The translations under genes and the position numbers were made by a program. Below are positions 33,798 to 47,365 of a stretch of 64,000 nt of DNA, in pieces. The DNA comes from the human T2T-CHM13v2.0 reference genome, Homo sapiens, in the NCBI RefSeq assembly GCF_009914755.1, contig NC_060936.1, one strand, 5' to 3'. The notes beneath the pieces were generated by a model that searched no databases, was not told where the DNA came from, and saw only the letters and a list, made by a program, of their open reading frames with translations. Each line of letters begins with the position of its first letter. The first letter of the stretch is position 1.

Positions 33798-34300
33798 TGT
33801 ATTGGTTTCCTGCTGCTGCTGTAACAAGTGACCACAAATGTGTACCTTAAGACAACACAAATTTATTATCTTACGGTTAGGGAGGTCAGAAGTCCACAGT
33901 AGGTCTTGCTGGGCTTAAATTAAGGTGTCAGCAGAGCTGCAAGCCTTCTAGAGGCTCTACAGGACAATCTGTTCCCTTGCCTTTTCTAGCTTCTAGAAGC
34001 CAGCTGCATTCCCTGGCTCATGGTTCCTTCCTCTTTCTTTACGTCCAGCAGTGTCCGTTTTTTAATCTCTTATTCTGAATGTGACTCTATCTCCTGCTGC
34101 CTTCTTTTATTTATAAGGAGGTTTGTAATTATATCGGGCTCACCTGAATAATCCAGGATAATCTTTCCAATTCAAGATCTTCAATTTAATCACATCTGCA
34201 AAAGTCCCTTTTGCCATATAGGATGACATATTCACAGGTTCTGGGGATTGGGAAGTAGACATCTTTGTGGGGGCCATTAGTTATTAGTCTGCTTACCACA
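33798..34300 (-). mobile_element. MaLR solo LTR (MLT1D-like)
   Basis: tgtattggtttcct..gctgtaacaa...ggggccatta..taccaca; near-TSD CTTTG/CTTGG. Confidence 0.85.
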
Positions 34301-34403
34301 CTTGGTAATGGTAGAATCCTACAGTAGAATTTAACAAAACTTTCAAGAGTAGTGGTCACTTTTCTGTTCTCATCTTAACTAAACCTTCAGCAGCATTCAA
34401 TAA

Positions 34404-34760
<357 letters not shown>

Positions 34761-37700
34761 AGGGTCTTTTTATACCTTACTGACTCTTGTATTTGCCAGT
34801 TCCTCCTTTTTTTTCTTGACTTCAGATCTGGGCTGCACTTTCTAGCTCTGTTGTCTAAAGAAAAATATCTGCTGTTACTCAAGATCTTCTGATAGGTTCT
34901 ACATCGTTGTCTATATGTTGTCTACCTGGTCTGCCTCTTTGAGCACCAGAGTTTGACAGCATAGTTGAGTGCTCCATCTTAACCTTTCATAAGACTCAGA
35001 CTTACCTATCGTAAGTCTTGATTTTTTAAATCAAACCTGTTTCCCTCAACCTTTCCCCATTCCACTAACTGGTACTAACTTATACTTACTTGTTCAAACT
35101 AAAAGACATGTAAATCCTTGACTGTGTTCTCTCTCATGCCCATGTCTATATGCAAGTCCTGTGGGCTCTTCGAAGCTGTGCTTTGCCTCCTCTCCATTGT
35201 TACCACCCTAGGCAGGCTACCTTTATTTCTCAGTTCCTTCATAACTGCTCCCTCTTGCCCCTACTCATTCGTCTGGCTCTTATCCCATCCATACTCCATA
35301 CAGTAGGAAAGGTAATTGCTTTAGGATTTGAAGAGATGAGGTGATTTCCTTGTTAAGATCTGTAATGGCTTCCCATTATATGAAATTCTTATGATTAGTT
35401 GGCTCTTGATACCTTTTGTGACTTTTTCATATTTCCCTTGCTTGCCCTGCTCTAGCCACAGTGGCCTCATTTCTGTCTCAAGTCCTTTTCACTTGATATT
35501 TCTGCTACTTGGTTCACTCTTACCTAATGTTTTGCTTGGCTGGATCCTTTCTTTGCATTCAGTTCTCCAGCTGGTCTGTATTCCATCTCTTGTCACTTCT
35601 TACTGAGTCCTATTTTATTCATACTTGTTAACGCTATTTGAAATTTTGTTGCATGTTTTTCAGCTTCATTGATAGTCTCCCTTTACCTGGAAAGGTGACT
35701 GGTATGTTGTGAGTGCTCAATAGTTGTTGAAACAAGTCCCTCACCAAATCTTTTTAATCTCTCCCAGTAATCCATGTCAGACCAGGAAGACTGTTTTCCA
35801 GTTATCTCATATGTAGCAGGCCATCCTCCACTGAAGAGTGAGACATGGCAGGCATGGCAGACATGGCAAGACAAAGCTCTTACCTCTCCAGTGAACCCGT
35901 GTACAGCTTCAGCCGGTGTGAGACTGAAGTTACCCAGGAAGAATCCAGCTTTCACTTGCCTTCTCATCCAATTCATCCCCTGGAGTCTCCTCTCTAGGTC
36001 CTAATTTCCAGTAGGTCATGGTATCCCAAGTTCCCACCTAATATTAGTAATTTACCTTTTTATGAATCAATTACTTCTCTATTTTAGTGTCATCCAGAGT
36101 TTTCTTCCAGGAAGCCAGGATTGAGTGTGGTCATTCAATTCTCTTCAGAATATTTTTCATGTCAGTAAAGTTCAACACATTCTTTTTAACGTCTACAAAA
36201 TAGCATAGATGCACCAAATAGCATATAGATGCACCATAATTTATAACAAATTATAGATTACATTTTTTAGTAGTTGCTCAAATTCCATGGAAGTATTTAG
36301 CTGCCTTTTCTTTGAGACCAAGGTTGGGGAAAAATGGATGCAATTTTTCAGAAGGGAGCAACAACAAGATGCATTGAAAAAGCAGACCAATGGAAAATAT
36401 TTCTCAACTAGCTACCTTGCTTATGCTTTACACCTAGGGGATTAACAACTTAAAAAGAGGTTCTTATTAGGTTACTATATGTTACTGTGCATGTCTGTCT
36501 GCTACACTGGGGGGTTACCCATGAAAACATTGTTAAAGCAAGAACATTCTCAGATAAGAGGGGGCCTAGCTTTTCATTGGTTATCTATTTAATATAGAAA
36601 TGCTTAATTGCAAGTGTGCTATAGTGTCACTTAGACTGAGGTGACTAGATCAGTAGAGTTCTCGGAGGCATCTAACAAATTTACCTTTGGAAACAAGGCC
36701 CAAGTATGCGTCTAAATGATAGCTAATGAACAATAATAATACTTTATAGATTGAATCACTTTAATGAGAGAATAGAACATGGTCAAGTGGAAGGTAACTG
36801 ATTTTAGTTTAAGGACGAGTATGGAAATGATATAAGTGCCTTACGTTAGGTTTTAATGTTAACACGTGTGTCACTTTTTAATCTCTCCCAGTAATCCAAT
36901 GAGATAGGTAATTGTCTCCGTTGCATATATGGAAAACCTGAATTTCAGAGAGGTTTAATGGTTTGTCTAATAAGTTTAGCTTCCAAGAGATAGTAGGGAA
37001 TAGTGTGTAGTCTAAGGTTATATATTGTTATATGATTATATATTGCCAGGTTTTAAGCAATCGTCTAGCACTTACAGGCAAATCTCTCTTAGCCTCAGTT
37101 TATCTGTACAGGGAGAAAAGAGTTCTCACAGATTTTTTTCAGGAAAAATCTCATAAATATGAAATACCAAATACTTTATGGAAAGGACTTAATTCACAGG
37201 AAGCACTTAATATTAGCGAGTATTATATATTGTATCAGTGATTCCCAAGCTTTAGGATTCTGTGGCCAATAGACTTCAAAATGGGGGAGAGGAGATGGAA
37301 TGGTCGGCTTCTAGCCAACTGAGGCTATTAAAAAAGAAAAAATAATTATCTAACGCCACGATCTTTATAAAACGACATTTTAAAATTCAAATTGGTAGTG
37401 AACAACGTAGTCTCAGAATGAAGGAGTGTTCTTTAAATTGAATAAATTTAGCTTCATAAAACACTCAGTATAATTCTTATTTTTTTTTTATTTTACCATG
37501 AACTAGGAATTGGATGTTCTATTAGTCTCCCTCCAGTTCTAAAATATTTTGACTCTAATATTCACAATTTTTCATAGTCCTCCCTGCTCCTACACTTTTC
37601 TCCATCTGACCTAGAAATGCTGGCTGACAGTTTGTAGTCTAAGTGGTTATTTACCTAATGAACTTGTGAATAATTGCTCTTAGAAATCATAGGAGTAGAG

Positions 37701-40394
37701 ACTATATCAAATGAAATTTGACTGGATAAAACAGTAGGCAGTATAAGAAAAGTAGCAAAGACAGCAATATACACTCATTCATCTAACAAATATTTATAGT
37801 CTACTAATTGCCAACTACTGTACTAGATCCTACATATGATGAACCAAACACAAATGATCTATGCCCTTTGGACCTTAAAATTTGTTTTACTCCTATCTCC
37901 CAGGACTGGTAGGTTCTTAGAAGCTTCAAGATAAATATTACATATTCCTAGAGCTTTAATTTTAATTAAAGGAGGAGTGAGGGTGGGAGGATAATTAGGT
38001 AATTTATTTGGCAGTTTAAAATTTACATTGAAAAACATCAATGAATAGGAATAGCATGCAAAATTTACATGGCTTAAAAAATACAACATGTAATACTTTA
38101 AAAGCAATTTTACTCTTGTAAGAGTCAGTTTGGGCTATGGCTCCAGATTGGCATGCATAGTTTATTTTCCTCTGCTTCTCATTGGTGGTTCTTTACGTTT
38201 AGTTTGCATAAACATTGTTTGAAGAAATATTAAAATTACAGATTCCAGGGTCCTAGATACTCTGATTGAGTAGGGCTGTGAGGAAGCCCAGAACTGCTTT
38301 AGAAAAAGCTCTTGGGTGATTCCCATGTAGTGGTCTATAGCTCTTTCTTTGAGGGGACTTGCCTTAGGGATACTTCAGAAGTTTCATAAGGCAATAAATG
38401 TAAAAGGAATCTTCACAAAATGAAATATAGGAACATTTCTCTGTGAAAGAAACTCATTTTTTGCATACTATCCCTGCTGTCTCTCCTAATGTTGCCAAAT
38501 TAACATACTTTTAAACTGCAGAGATTAATTTGAGATTAATACATTCAACAGGTCCATTTTAGAAAAAGTCCTTGAGAAATTCTTGACTGATACATTGCTA
38601 AAACATTGCTTTAAGAGGCTGCCCTAATTCTGATTTTTCAACTAATTTAGGATATCACAATTTAAAAACAAACAAACAAACATTTATGTAATGAATGGTA
38701 TGGAATCTGGTTTGGAGTTGTGTTTACTTCTAAAAATAGAATTTCATGTATTGCCTTTGTATCTTCTAGAGATATGAATGATCTCCAGCCAGAGACCACC
38801 AGTAACACACCTACAAGTGGACAAAGTTGTGTTTATTGACATTGTAACAAGGGAGAATGCTTGCCATGGGCACCTAATGTGAGGTGTCTCAGTAAGAGGA
38901 TGTTAGAAACTACATAGGATTTGGGCCTGTCGTAGGTGATTTGGGGAAAGTTCAAGGAAGGATCTGGACTGGATGATGGTAGGAACTGGTGATAGTAGTG
39001 CATCTTAATTCTTATCTAAAACATAGGAATGGAGTGAAGCTAGAACTGATTGGTAAAGAAGTCATAATAGCTAGGATAGGGGCTATTTGAACAATATTCA
39101 TGGTTTTCTATTATCAGACATGATTATGATTATGTTTTTGTTGATTCATTGTGGTCACAATGGCCTTGGCTGATGCTGTGCTGTGAAATTGTATACGTTT
39201 AACCAGGGAAAACCATGGTCCAGTTGTGAGTTTCAGGCCAGCTCCAGGCTTTCAGGGCCTGCTTTTCTCTTTTTCAAGGTTAATATAAAAAAGAAAAGTG
39301 CTATAGTATGTATGAGTAAGATCTACACACATCCGAAACATTCAACAGTGGCTGTGTGTGGACAAGGCTGAAAGCTCAATGTAGAGGAGTATACAAATAT
39401 TACTATTCCTATTTAAAACAGCTCAGTAATTACTGTGTGAACTTGACAATAACATTAACAGCTTCCATTTTTTAAGTATCTACTGTATGCCATGTTATGT
39501 ACTAGGTGCCTTGCATACATTCAACAGCTTTGCAAGGTGAACATATTTTGATCATCTCCACTTTACAGGTAAGTAGACAGACTATTATTTCCAGAACTGC
39601 CAAGTTACATTTATTAAATGGAAGAGCTGGTATATTAATGGGTTCAGCTCATTTTGAGCTCACTGTATTTCCCCTATACCAGGATGCCTTTCTATTCAGA
39701 ACTTTGATGTCTAAAGTTACAGCAATGGAGATAAAATACATTATTGGCAGGATTGTTCAGAGACTCAAATGCTATCATACATCTATATATGATGTATGAA
39801 AGCACCTAGCACAATAACTGGCTCATGGTAGACAAATCATAACTAACTGTACTGTTTTCATAGCAGAGGTGCCTCTAAACGTGAGTACAGATAAGTTAAC
39901 TATATTGAGATTGTGGAGTGACTCGACGATTTTAACCTCTTGGTCACAGAGAAATCAGGCTGAAGCATTTTACCTTTATAGAATCATAGTATTTTGAAGA
40001 ACCAAGAAATTGTCAAGGTCTTCTTTTACAGATGAGAAAAATGAAGCTCGGAAAAGCAGTTAATTTGCCCAGGGTCACACATTTAATTATTGCCCGAGCT
40101 TGGCTAAGAAACCAGGTCTTCTGACTCCTAAGCCCTTGCCTTCTTCAGGCCACATAGCTGCTTCTTTTCATGATGTGTAGATTAGAAAAGTCAGTGTGCC
40201 CCGGGGCCCTTGATTGCACCTTGGTTTCCCTAACAAGGATATGGGATCCCTGCTGACATTTCAGACCTTAAGTTGCAGAGCTCTGCACTTGGATCTTCTT
40301 CCTTCTTGTTATATAATCTTACAGTTAAAAGTTTCTAGGAATATTTTTATTACGTGCAATTGGCAACTTCAGTATTTTTTAAAGGGTGTTGGTA

Positions 40395-40865
40395 GCATTA
40401 TTTCCGGGAGCTACTTAGCGCTCCGGTTCGGTACCTCGTGGAGAAGACGGGGGAGGGGAGCAGCGAGATTTCCTTGCGGAGCAATATTCCTAGGGTACAG
40501 ACCTCGTAGCCCGGGCCCGCGACTCCGCCCCGGGAGCGGGCAGGGGCGGGGCGAGCGCTCCAGCTGGCGGGAAGGAGGAAGGGCCGGGCGCGGCGCAGAG
40601 GCGGGCGCCTACCAGCCGGCAGCTCCGGAGCTGCCCGCGCCATGTCCGCGCACAATCGGGGCACCGAGCTCGGTAAGGGGCCCGCGGGGCTCCCCATCCC
40701 CTCTCCCTCGCGTTCAGCGCCGCCGGGACTAGCGCGGGGCCTGCTGCCGCCCAGTGCCCTGGCTGTGGGTCCCCGAGGGGTTTTCGCTGGGGCGGGAAGC
40801 AGTGGCGTCTGGTCAGCCCTCACCCCAAGTAAAGGCCGAACCCGGCACGTTCGCGCCGCTTGTCT
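40395..40865. promoter_or_regulatory. DERA: CpG-island promoter of DERA
   Basis: Very CpG-rich; GC boxes CCGCCC ~40525 and GGGGCGGGG 40543-40551; ETS-like ATTTCCGG ~40400. Confidence 0.9.
40642..40672 (+). CDS. DERA: DERA (2-deoxyribose-5-phosphate aldolase) coding exon 1, MSAHNRGTEL(D); remaining exons lie beyond the window
   Basis: Kozak CGCGCCATGT in a CpG island; the peptide matches the human DERA N-terminus; donor TCG|gtaagg (phase 1). DERA is the known downstream neighbour of STRAP on 12p12.3. Confidence 0.92.
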
Positions 40866-41280
40866 TTGCACCTAAGCTTTTACTCTTGTATGCGGAAGGA
40901 GTAGGAAAGGGTTAGATTATTATCTTCCTGCCTTTTCGTTCACTCTAGCTCGCTGGTTGGAAAACCCAACAACCCAAAAAACAAAACCCAAAACAAACAA
41001 CCCCCAAGCAGGTAAAAACAGATAAAAACCTTCTTTCTCCTCCTTTTAATAGAATACTTGTGTAATTTAATGCAGTATTTCCGTAGATAATTTTAACCGT
41101 AACCTTGAAGTGGCCGTGCTCGTGGAAAAGTTGTCAGCCGTCTGTGCTCAAAATGTAACACTGCAGATTCATGGGATTTTAGAGTTACAAAGATTTGTTA
41201 AAGTACCTGTATTATTTCCCAGTTTTCATCTTTTTTTATATTGTTCAAATACTGGCAAGAAACCTTAGTTCAGATTTCTT

Positions 41281-41637
41281 TTTTTTTTTTTTTTATTGAT
41301 CATTCTTGGGTGTTTCTCGCAGAGGGGGATTTGGCAGGGTCATAGGACAGTAGTGGAGGGAAGGTCAGCTGATAAACAAGTGAACAAAGGTCTCTGGTTT
41401 TCCTAGGCAGAGGACCCTGCGGCCTTCCGCAGTGTTTGTGTCCCTGGGTACTTAAGATTAGGGAGTGGTGATGACTCTTAACGAGCATGCTGCCTTCAAG
41501 CATCTGTTTAACAAAGCACATCTTGCACCGCCCTTAATCCATTTAACCCTGAGTGGACACAGCACATGTTTCAGAGAGCACAGGGTTGGGGATAAGGTCA
41601 CAGATCAACAGGATCCCAAGGCAGAAGAGAATTTTTC
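41281..41637 (-). mobile_element. 5'-truncated SVA retrotransposon (SINE-R 3' portion only)
   Basis: Poly(T) + TTTATTGATCATTCTTGGGTGTTTCTCGCAGAGGGGGATTTGGCAGGG is the SVA 3' end in antisense; 12-bp TSD TTCAGATTTCTT (41269-41280/41638-41649); TT/AAGAAA endonuclease site. Confidence 0.95.
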
Positions 41638-43344
41638 TTCAGATTTCTTAACATGTGAAAAATTTATAATTCAAACAGCAAAACCATGATCAAGAGAAGG
41701 TTTAAGCGTCTCGTTTAAGTATTATAGCTTGGATATCTGTGTATCCAGGATCTTTAACTTCTTACCTGTGTGACTTCGGACAAATTAATAACTTTGCGCT
41801 TAAGTTTCTTCATCTGTAAAATGGTTATTTTAGTGGTAGTTACCTTATAAGGCCGTTAGGAGATTAAATAGGATACATGTAAAGTAGTTTGGTATATTGT
41901 GGACACCTAGTAAGTCTTCAGTATAGATAGTATTAGTATATGGAGTTATGGTTTTAGGGGCTAATTTTGAGAAAATTGGCTGTAAATTATATGTAACACA
42001 TACAGGTAGGTCCTTTTCGCCCTCCTTAAAAGTGACTGGTACTTAAACAGTCTGCACTTCCAAGAGGTGTTCTGGATTTTTTGTCGAATGGTAAGAGAGT
42101 AAATCTATCATTTTAAAGACAGTTGATTTACTAACCTGGTTGATTTTGTTTTAGTCACTGTCCTCTAGCTGATTATGTTTTAAACTCTAGTCCTATCTCT
42201 GGAACGTGGTCTTTAGTAATAACGGCATTATTTCTTAGATTGGAATATCCTTGAAGGTGGTGGATATGGGGCAGGTTTGGGGTGGTGTCTTACCTGGGTA
42301 TTCCCAGGAATATGACCATGTGACTATGCATACATCAAGGATGTGCCCTAAATTTCCCAAAACTTAGACATTTTAAATTTTTCTTTCAAAAAACATAATT
42401 GAACCATTTTTAAATTTATTTATTTGCAGTAATTAGAATCAATCACTTCCATTCATTTGTTGAAAAGTAATAGACATAAATAATTGCCAGGTAGAACAAT
42501 AGTAAATGTGGTTTTTATGCAGCTATCGAAATGATCATAGCTTTGTATTTATTATCTTATTTGTTAAAATCAGATTTTTTTCCTTCACGGGTATTAATCC
42601 TTAATCCAAACAGGTTTAAACTGAAATGCTAAAATAAGTTATTTGAATTAGGTACTAGGGAAAAAAATCTTTCAGTATTAATTTATGCAGTATATTAACT
42701 GATGATTTTTAAAATAGTTTTCTAATTGAAAGTCTTTTTAATAAACATCGTAACTAATTTCTAAAATAAATTAACATTTTTGCTTCCCTTTTCTTATTAC
42801 AAAAGGAATTCATGGTTATTGTAAAAATTCTAGAAAATACAGTTAGCACAAAAATGTTGTAATATTATTACTAGTCCAATCACTGTTATTTATGATTTGG
42901 TGTATGTACTTCTAGTTCATGGACTTAAAAAAACATTGAGTTCCTTTGAGACTAAACCTGACCCTCATGATTAAAAAGTCTTTAAGGAAAACATTGGCAT
43001 TTGGATGTATGAAAGATGTTTTCCAAATAGGGAATGTACCCTCTAGCTTTCATATTAGAGGATGGGGCCCAGCATTCTGAGTTTTAACAAATCCTGTGGG
43101 TAGTACTGAAGCATACCCAAGTTTGAGAACCAATGGCTTAATGATCTCCAAGGTACTATCAAGTTTTGTACCTAGACTATTATGCCCTATATAGTCTATT
43201 AAAATGTACAGATATTCTTCTATTTTATTAGATGCCACTTAACTATTGCCTAAAATGCAGGTGTCACGTGGGTAGTGATCTTTCTTTTGTTCACTGATGT
43301 GTCCCAAGTACCTAGAATAGTGTTTGGTACACAGAAGGCCCTCA

Positions 43345-43734
<390 letters not shown>

Positions 43735-43938
43735 CTACCTGGTCCCCGTGTATGGTTGCATGGACAGATGCTGTGAAGCTTGGCACCTTCTTCCTCTTTG
43801 TAAGTATTATTAAGATTCAGTTTTGTTACATCCGTCTTCAGAGCTATCTCAAGAAGCCTATAAAGGATGTAGATAGTGTAACTTCCTTGCAAATGTTATC
43901 TTTGGAGGCGTCTGGAGAATGCGGGTGTTATTAGATGA

Positions 43939-44252
<314 letters not shown>

Positions 44253-44701
44253 GGGATTTTTTTATTTTAAGAAGCACATTTATTTAGGTAGTTATTGAGT
44301 ACCAATCTGTACTGGGTAGTATTACCCTAGGCTGGGGGTACAAGATAATCAGGGATGGTCACTGCCTTCACAGAGCTATTAATCGGTCTGGTTCAGGACC
44401 TGGACATCAAGCTAGAGCTACAATTAAATGCAAGTGTGATGTGCAATTATTTTTCATTTATTTTTGTCTAAAATTAGATAGATGTACCTAGACTGTGCTT
44501 TAAATGGGTTGTGAAAACAGAATGTCCTGGGCCTTTTGCATTATAATTTTTAATTTCCTTTTAAAAGAACCTATGAATTAGGGATTTAGGGAGCTCATTT
44601 TTGGCATTCCTGCTAAAGTATAACTTGGGTACAGAATGTTTCTGATTTGGGTGATGGTGATTTTCCACTGCAAAGTTAACGTTTAATTTTTGGAATGGAT
44701 A

Positions 44702-44852
44702 TTTATTTATTTATTTGTTTATTTATTGTTTCAATAGAGACCGTGTGTCAGTATGTTGACCAGACTGTTCTCAAACTCCTAGCCTCAAGTGATACTCCAG
44801 CCTCTGCCTCCCAAAGTGCTAGGATTATAGGCATGAGCCACCGTGCATGGCC
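44702..44852 (-). mobile_element. FLAM_C / Alu left monomer
   Basis: (TTTA)n tail + left-arm sequence. Confidence 0.8.
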
Positions 44853-45688
44853 TAGAATGGCATCTTAAACCTCAACAATAGGCAAAGGCTATCTGTTTGC
44901 ATAATAATTCTTCACCTTATTTAATACCTACTGTGTGCAGACACTGTGCTTAGGTGCTGGGTATAATGATAGTGTCAACACAGAGCTCTAGCTACTTGTA
45001 AGGCACTATGCTGAATGCTTGAAATTCTCATTTAGTCCACAATGGCCCTGTGAGGGAGATAGCATGATCCAGGTTTACACACGAGCAAACTGAGGTACAG
45101 GGAGTTTTAAGTAACCTGCCGAAAACCAGTTAGGTATAGCTAATGTGGCAGAGCCAGAATTCAAGCCCAGGTGATTTGGTGCTAATAATGCTACATGCTT
45201 AAACAACCACACTGTGTCGACTGGTGCTAACTGGGAGCACTACACCCTGATGTCAGAAGAGTCAAATAGATAACTGGTGAATACTGTTAATGTTACTCTT
45301 TTAGGTTTGATTTGTCTGTTTAAAACATAAAGGTTACTGTTTTATTGCCATAACCCACATCTTAACCATTGCAGTTTGTTTCAGAGAAGATGCAATTTAT
45401 CCTGAGGGAGAATGGAAAAGTCCAAACTTTGGTAGATTATGAGAGTAGGGTTCGATGTTAGTGAAGTTTTCAAGGATGGCATGTCAAAACCAGACTTCCT
45501 CAGGAACTGCTTCATGTGGATATACTGATGAGCCTCAGAGCATCATGTGATGGTGACCAGGGAGTGACCTCAAGGTGAATAGAGTGGGGCTTTTCTTTGT
45601 GTGTGTGTTTGTTTTCGTCTCTTGCAGTTTTGTAAAACGTTACCTTTCATACTCCAGTCTTTGGGCTGGCCTCAGCTTCTAGGTTTAA

Positions 45689-46007
<319 letters not shown>

Positions 46008-46049
46008 ACAATCCTGTTTCTTGATGTATTCTTTTAAAAAATGTTTAAA

Positions 46050-46168
46050 ATAAGAGATGGGGTCTTGCTGTGTTGCCTAGGCTGGTCTTGAACTCCTGGG
46101 CTCAAGCAGTTCTCCCTCTGTGGCCTCCCAAGTGGCTGGGACTATAGGCTGTAGTCAATGTGCCAGGC
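46050..46168 (-). mobile_element. FLAM monomer
   Basis: Monomer, antisense. Confidence 0.75.
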
Positions 46169-46934
46169 TCTTGTTCTTTAGGTTAAAAAAAATTAAGTAG
46201 AAATAGTGAAGTATTTGATAATTTTGTTAATTTAGAGTGACTTTTTTGTCCCGAATTTCTACGTCTGGAGTTTCTCTTAGTAGTTTCCTGAAAAATAGAA
46301 CTGGAATCTCTTTAGCTGTAAACAAGATAAACAGTTTAAGGAATCTATGGGTCACAAGTGAGAAGTGACCTAATACACCTTACAAAGTCCCCATATTTCT
46401 TTTATTGAGATAGAGGCCTTTAAATTTTGCCTTTAAGTTAAAAAAGTCAATTCCTAGTGAAAAAACAAAAACAAAAAACTAAAACATAAGGCAGTGTATT
46501 CTTCATTAGGTGGCATATGAAAATTTGACTCTAGCTCTTAGCTCAGGTGGTAAGAGAATTTAAAAATTTTTAGATTTCTGCAGGGAATTTCCCAACTGGA
46601 GTTAACTTGAGGTTTCTTTAAACAATAAAATTGATTTGTGTAATTTTAAGTTAATGTGGGTTTTATGTCTGAATCTAATTTTTTTCTCTTTAATATTTAA
46701 TACTTAACATACATATGTTACTTTAGATTTCATAGAGTGCTTTTCTAACATAATCTCTTTTAATTCTCCCAGGAATCCATTGTGCTAGGCATTATCATTC
46801 TCATTTCATGGATGAGAAAACTAAGGCTCAGAAAACACAAGTAACTTGCTTATTATACCTCAGAGCTAGTAAGAGTTGAGGTCAAGACTCAAATGCAGAA
46901 CTTCTGATTACAAGTTTTTTACCCTTTGCTTTAC

Positions 46935-47022
46935 ACCAACGGTCCCGGACCTTTTTGGCACCAGGGACTGAAGTGGTTTTGTGGAGGACAGTTTTTCCAC
47001 AGACTGGGGTAGGGGTGGGTGT
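46935..47022. mobile_element. MER1 (hAT-Charlie) terminal fragment
   Basis: ggtcccggacctttttggcaccagggactg..ggttttgtggaggacagtttttccacagac. Confidence 0.7.
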
Positions 47023-47059
47023 TTCAACAAGGTATTTCTGGCTTATCTTATAATTTCCC

Positions 47060-47365
47060 TTTCCCAGCACCAAAGTCAGCCAGTTCTCCAGGCAGCATTT
47101 TTTTCAGTGGATAACGATATGAGAAGCCAAGATCTGAGCACTAGGTATGCTCATTGTGATGGGTGACTCTGTTCCCAAGGCCCTCAGCTGGCAGAGCTGA
47201 AAAATGTATGTACTGTATACACACACACTTCTAGATTCATCTACCTATCATCTCTCTGTATCTACATAGTGAAAACCATGAGTTCACACTAATACCACCA
47301 GTTCTGGTCCAACACCACAGGATTTATCCCAGTGTTCTCCCTTTCCATATTTGAAACACTCCACA
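47060..47365 (-). mobile_element. L1MC/MD-like fragment
   Basis: agccaagatctgagcactaggtatgctcattg...aaaaccatgagttcacactaatacc motif. Confidence 0.55.

Noticed and set aside
38760-39270. Possible old ERV LTR upstream of DERA
   Set aside because: Looks LTR-like, but I cannot assign family or boundaries reliably.
40214-40875. 172-aa and 157-aa ORFs over the DERA CpG island, and the 77-aa ORF from the DERA ATG
   Set aside because: GC-rich chance ORFs; only the first 31 nt from 40642 are coding before the splice donor.
41300-41689. ORFs MCFVKQMLEGS… and MVMTLNEHAAF…
   Set aside because: Translations of SVA SINE-R (HERV-K LTR-derived) sequence.
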